Source: Trichosphaerium sp. ATCC 40318 (lineage: Eukaryota > Protista > Tubulinea). From it: a stretch of 64,000 bases of DNA. The position numbers were made by a program, and so were the translations under genes. The notes under the pieces are model-generated. The model was not told the origin of the DNA and searched no databases. It worked only from the letters and a program-made list of their open reading frames with translations. This document shows positions 63,543 to 64,000 of the stretch, in pieces. Numbering within the stretch: position 1 is the stretch's first letter; the number at the start of each line of letters is the position of its first letter. The stretch covers positions 62,001 to 126,000 of the forward strand of contig JALMLS010000281.1 in the NCBI GenBank assembly GCA_038496445.1, in the 5' to 3' direction.

Positions 63543-64000
63543 TTAGTTATCTTGTTTGCAGAGACAACAATAGCCATAGGTTCCACATTCACTACACGGA
63601 GCGTTGATTTCATCGTAGAACATAGACACTAATGATTTTATCAAACCATCATAGTCTTCATTGTAGGCACATGCTAGACAAGAACCCCAAATGAAATCAA
63701 GTGTATAGTGACTCCATTTACGAATAAAATTTTTTCTCGAGTCACGTTCTTCTGTTGCTGTACCATTTTCAATGGTTTTTATCCACGCAGCATAAGAAGA
63801 ATCTATATCGTTTCTACAGTTTTCGTTTAGCTTAAGGTACATGATAACTCGAATGAACGAATACAAATCATGGGAACCCTGATAAGAAATCTTTGCACGG
63901 TCTTTATACTTCTCTAACACGTGAAGACCAACGTATTTAAATCCACCAGCGGCGTTTGTAGGTTTGCCTAATGTCGCAGCACATCCCCAATCTATAACAA
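63543..64000 (-). CDS. Protein kinase C-lobe (DWG-type, FunK1/Crinkler-kinase-like), 5'-truncated by the window edge
   Basis: The frame is open from the window end: VIDWGCAATLGKPTNAAGGFKYVGLHVL...YQGSHDLYSFIRV. Cys-rich tail CSECGTYGYCCLC. Confidence 0.72.
   Translation of the reverse strand, partial: VIDWGCAATLGKPTNAAGGFKYVGLHVLEKYKDRAKISYQGSHDLYSFIRVIMYLKLNENCRNDIDSSYAAWIKTIENGTATEERDSRKNFIRKWSHYTLDFIWGSCLACAYNEDYDGLIKSLVSMFYDEINAPCSECGTYGYCCLCKQDN

Noticed and set aside
1-64000. tRNA/rRNA genes, transposase or reverse-transcriptase ORFs
   Set aside because: None recognised by eye. tRNAscan-SE, Infernal and RepeatModeler were not run, so small elements could be missed.

Overview
AT-rich, gene-dense eukaryotic (protist-like, possibly amoebozoan; inference) nuclear DNA. 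It uses the standard code and has many short (~40-90 nt) spliceosomal introns. Housekeeping and meiotic genes recognised by hand-splicing: RAD51D, cytochrome P450, TPM-domain protein, ZIP4/TEX11, BLOC1S1, fRMsr, kelch protein, glycogen debranching enzyme, cyclophilin, uridine phosphorylase, NIFK/Nop15 and an MCT-type MFS transporter. Accessory, conflict-type genes are interspersed: two F-box/LRR genes, decaying MORN-variant genes, a secreted 3x6-Cys protein, an inverted pair of ricin-B lectin genes (1 vs 3 lectin modules, patchwork homogenisation), a secreted DNRLRE-domain heme peroxidase, and a DWG-type kinase with scattered pseudogene fragments. The most striking gene is an ankyrin-ADP-ribosyltransferase whose ten ankyrin repeats each sit on their own symmetric phase-1 cassette exon. 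Window-wide signals are a strong excess of CACGTG (~50 copies) and several GC-AG introns. Exon boundaries were read by eye and no database search was run.
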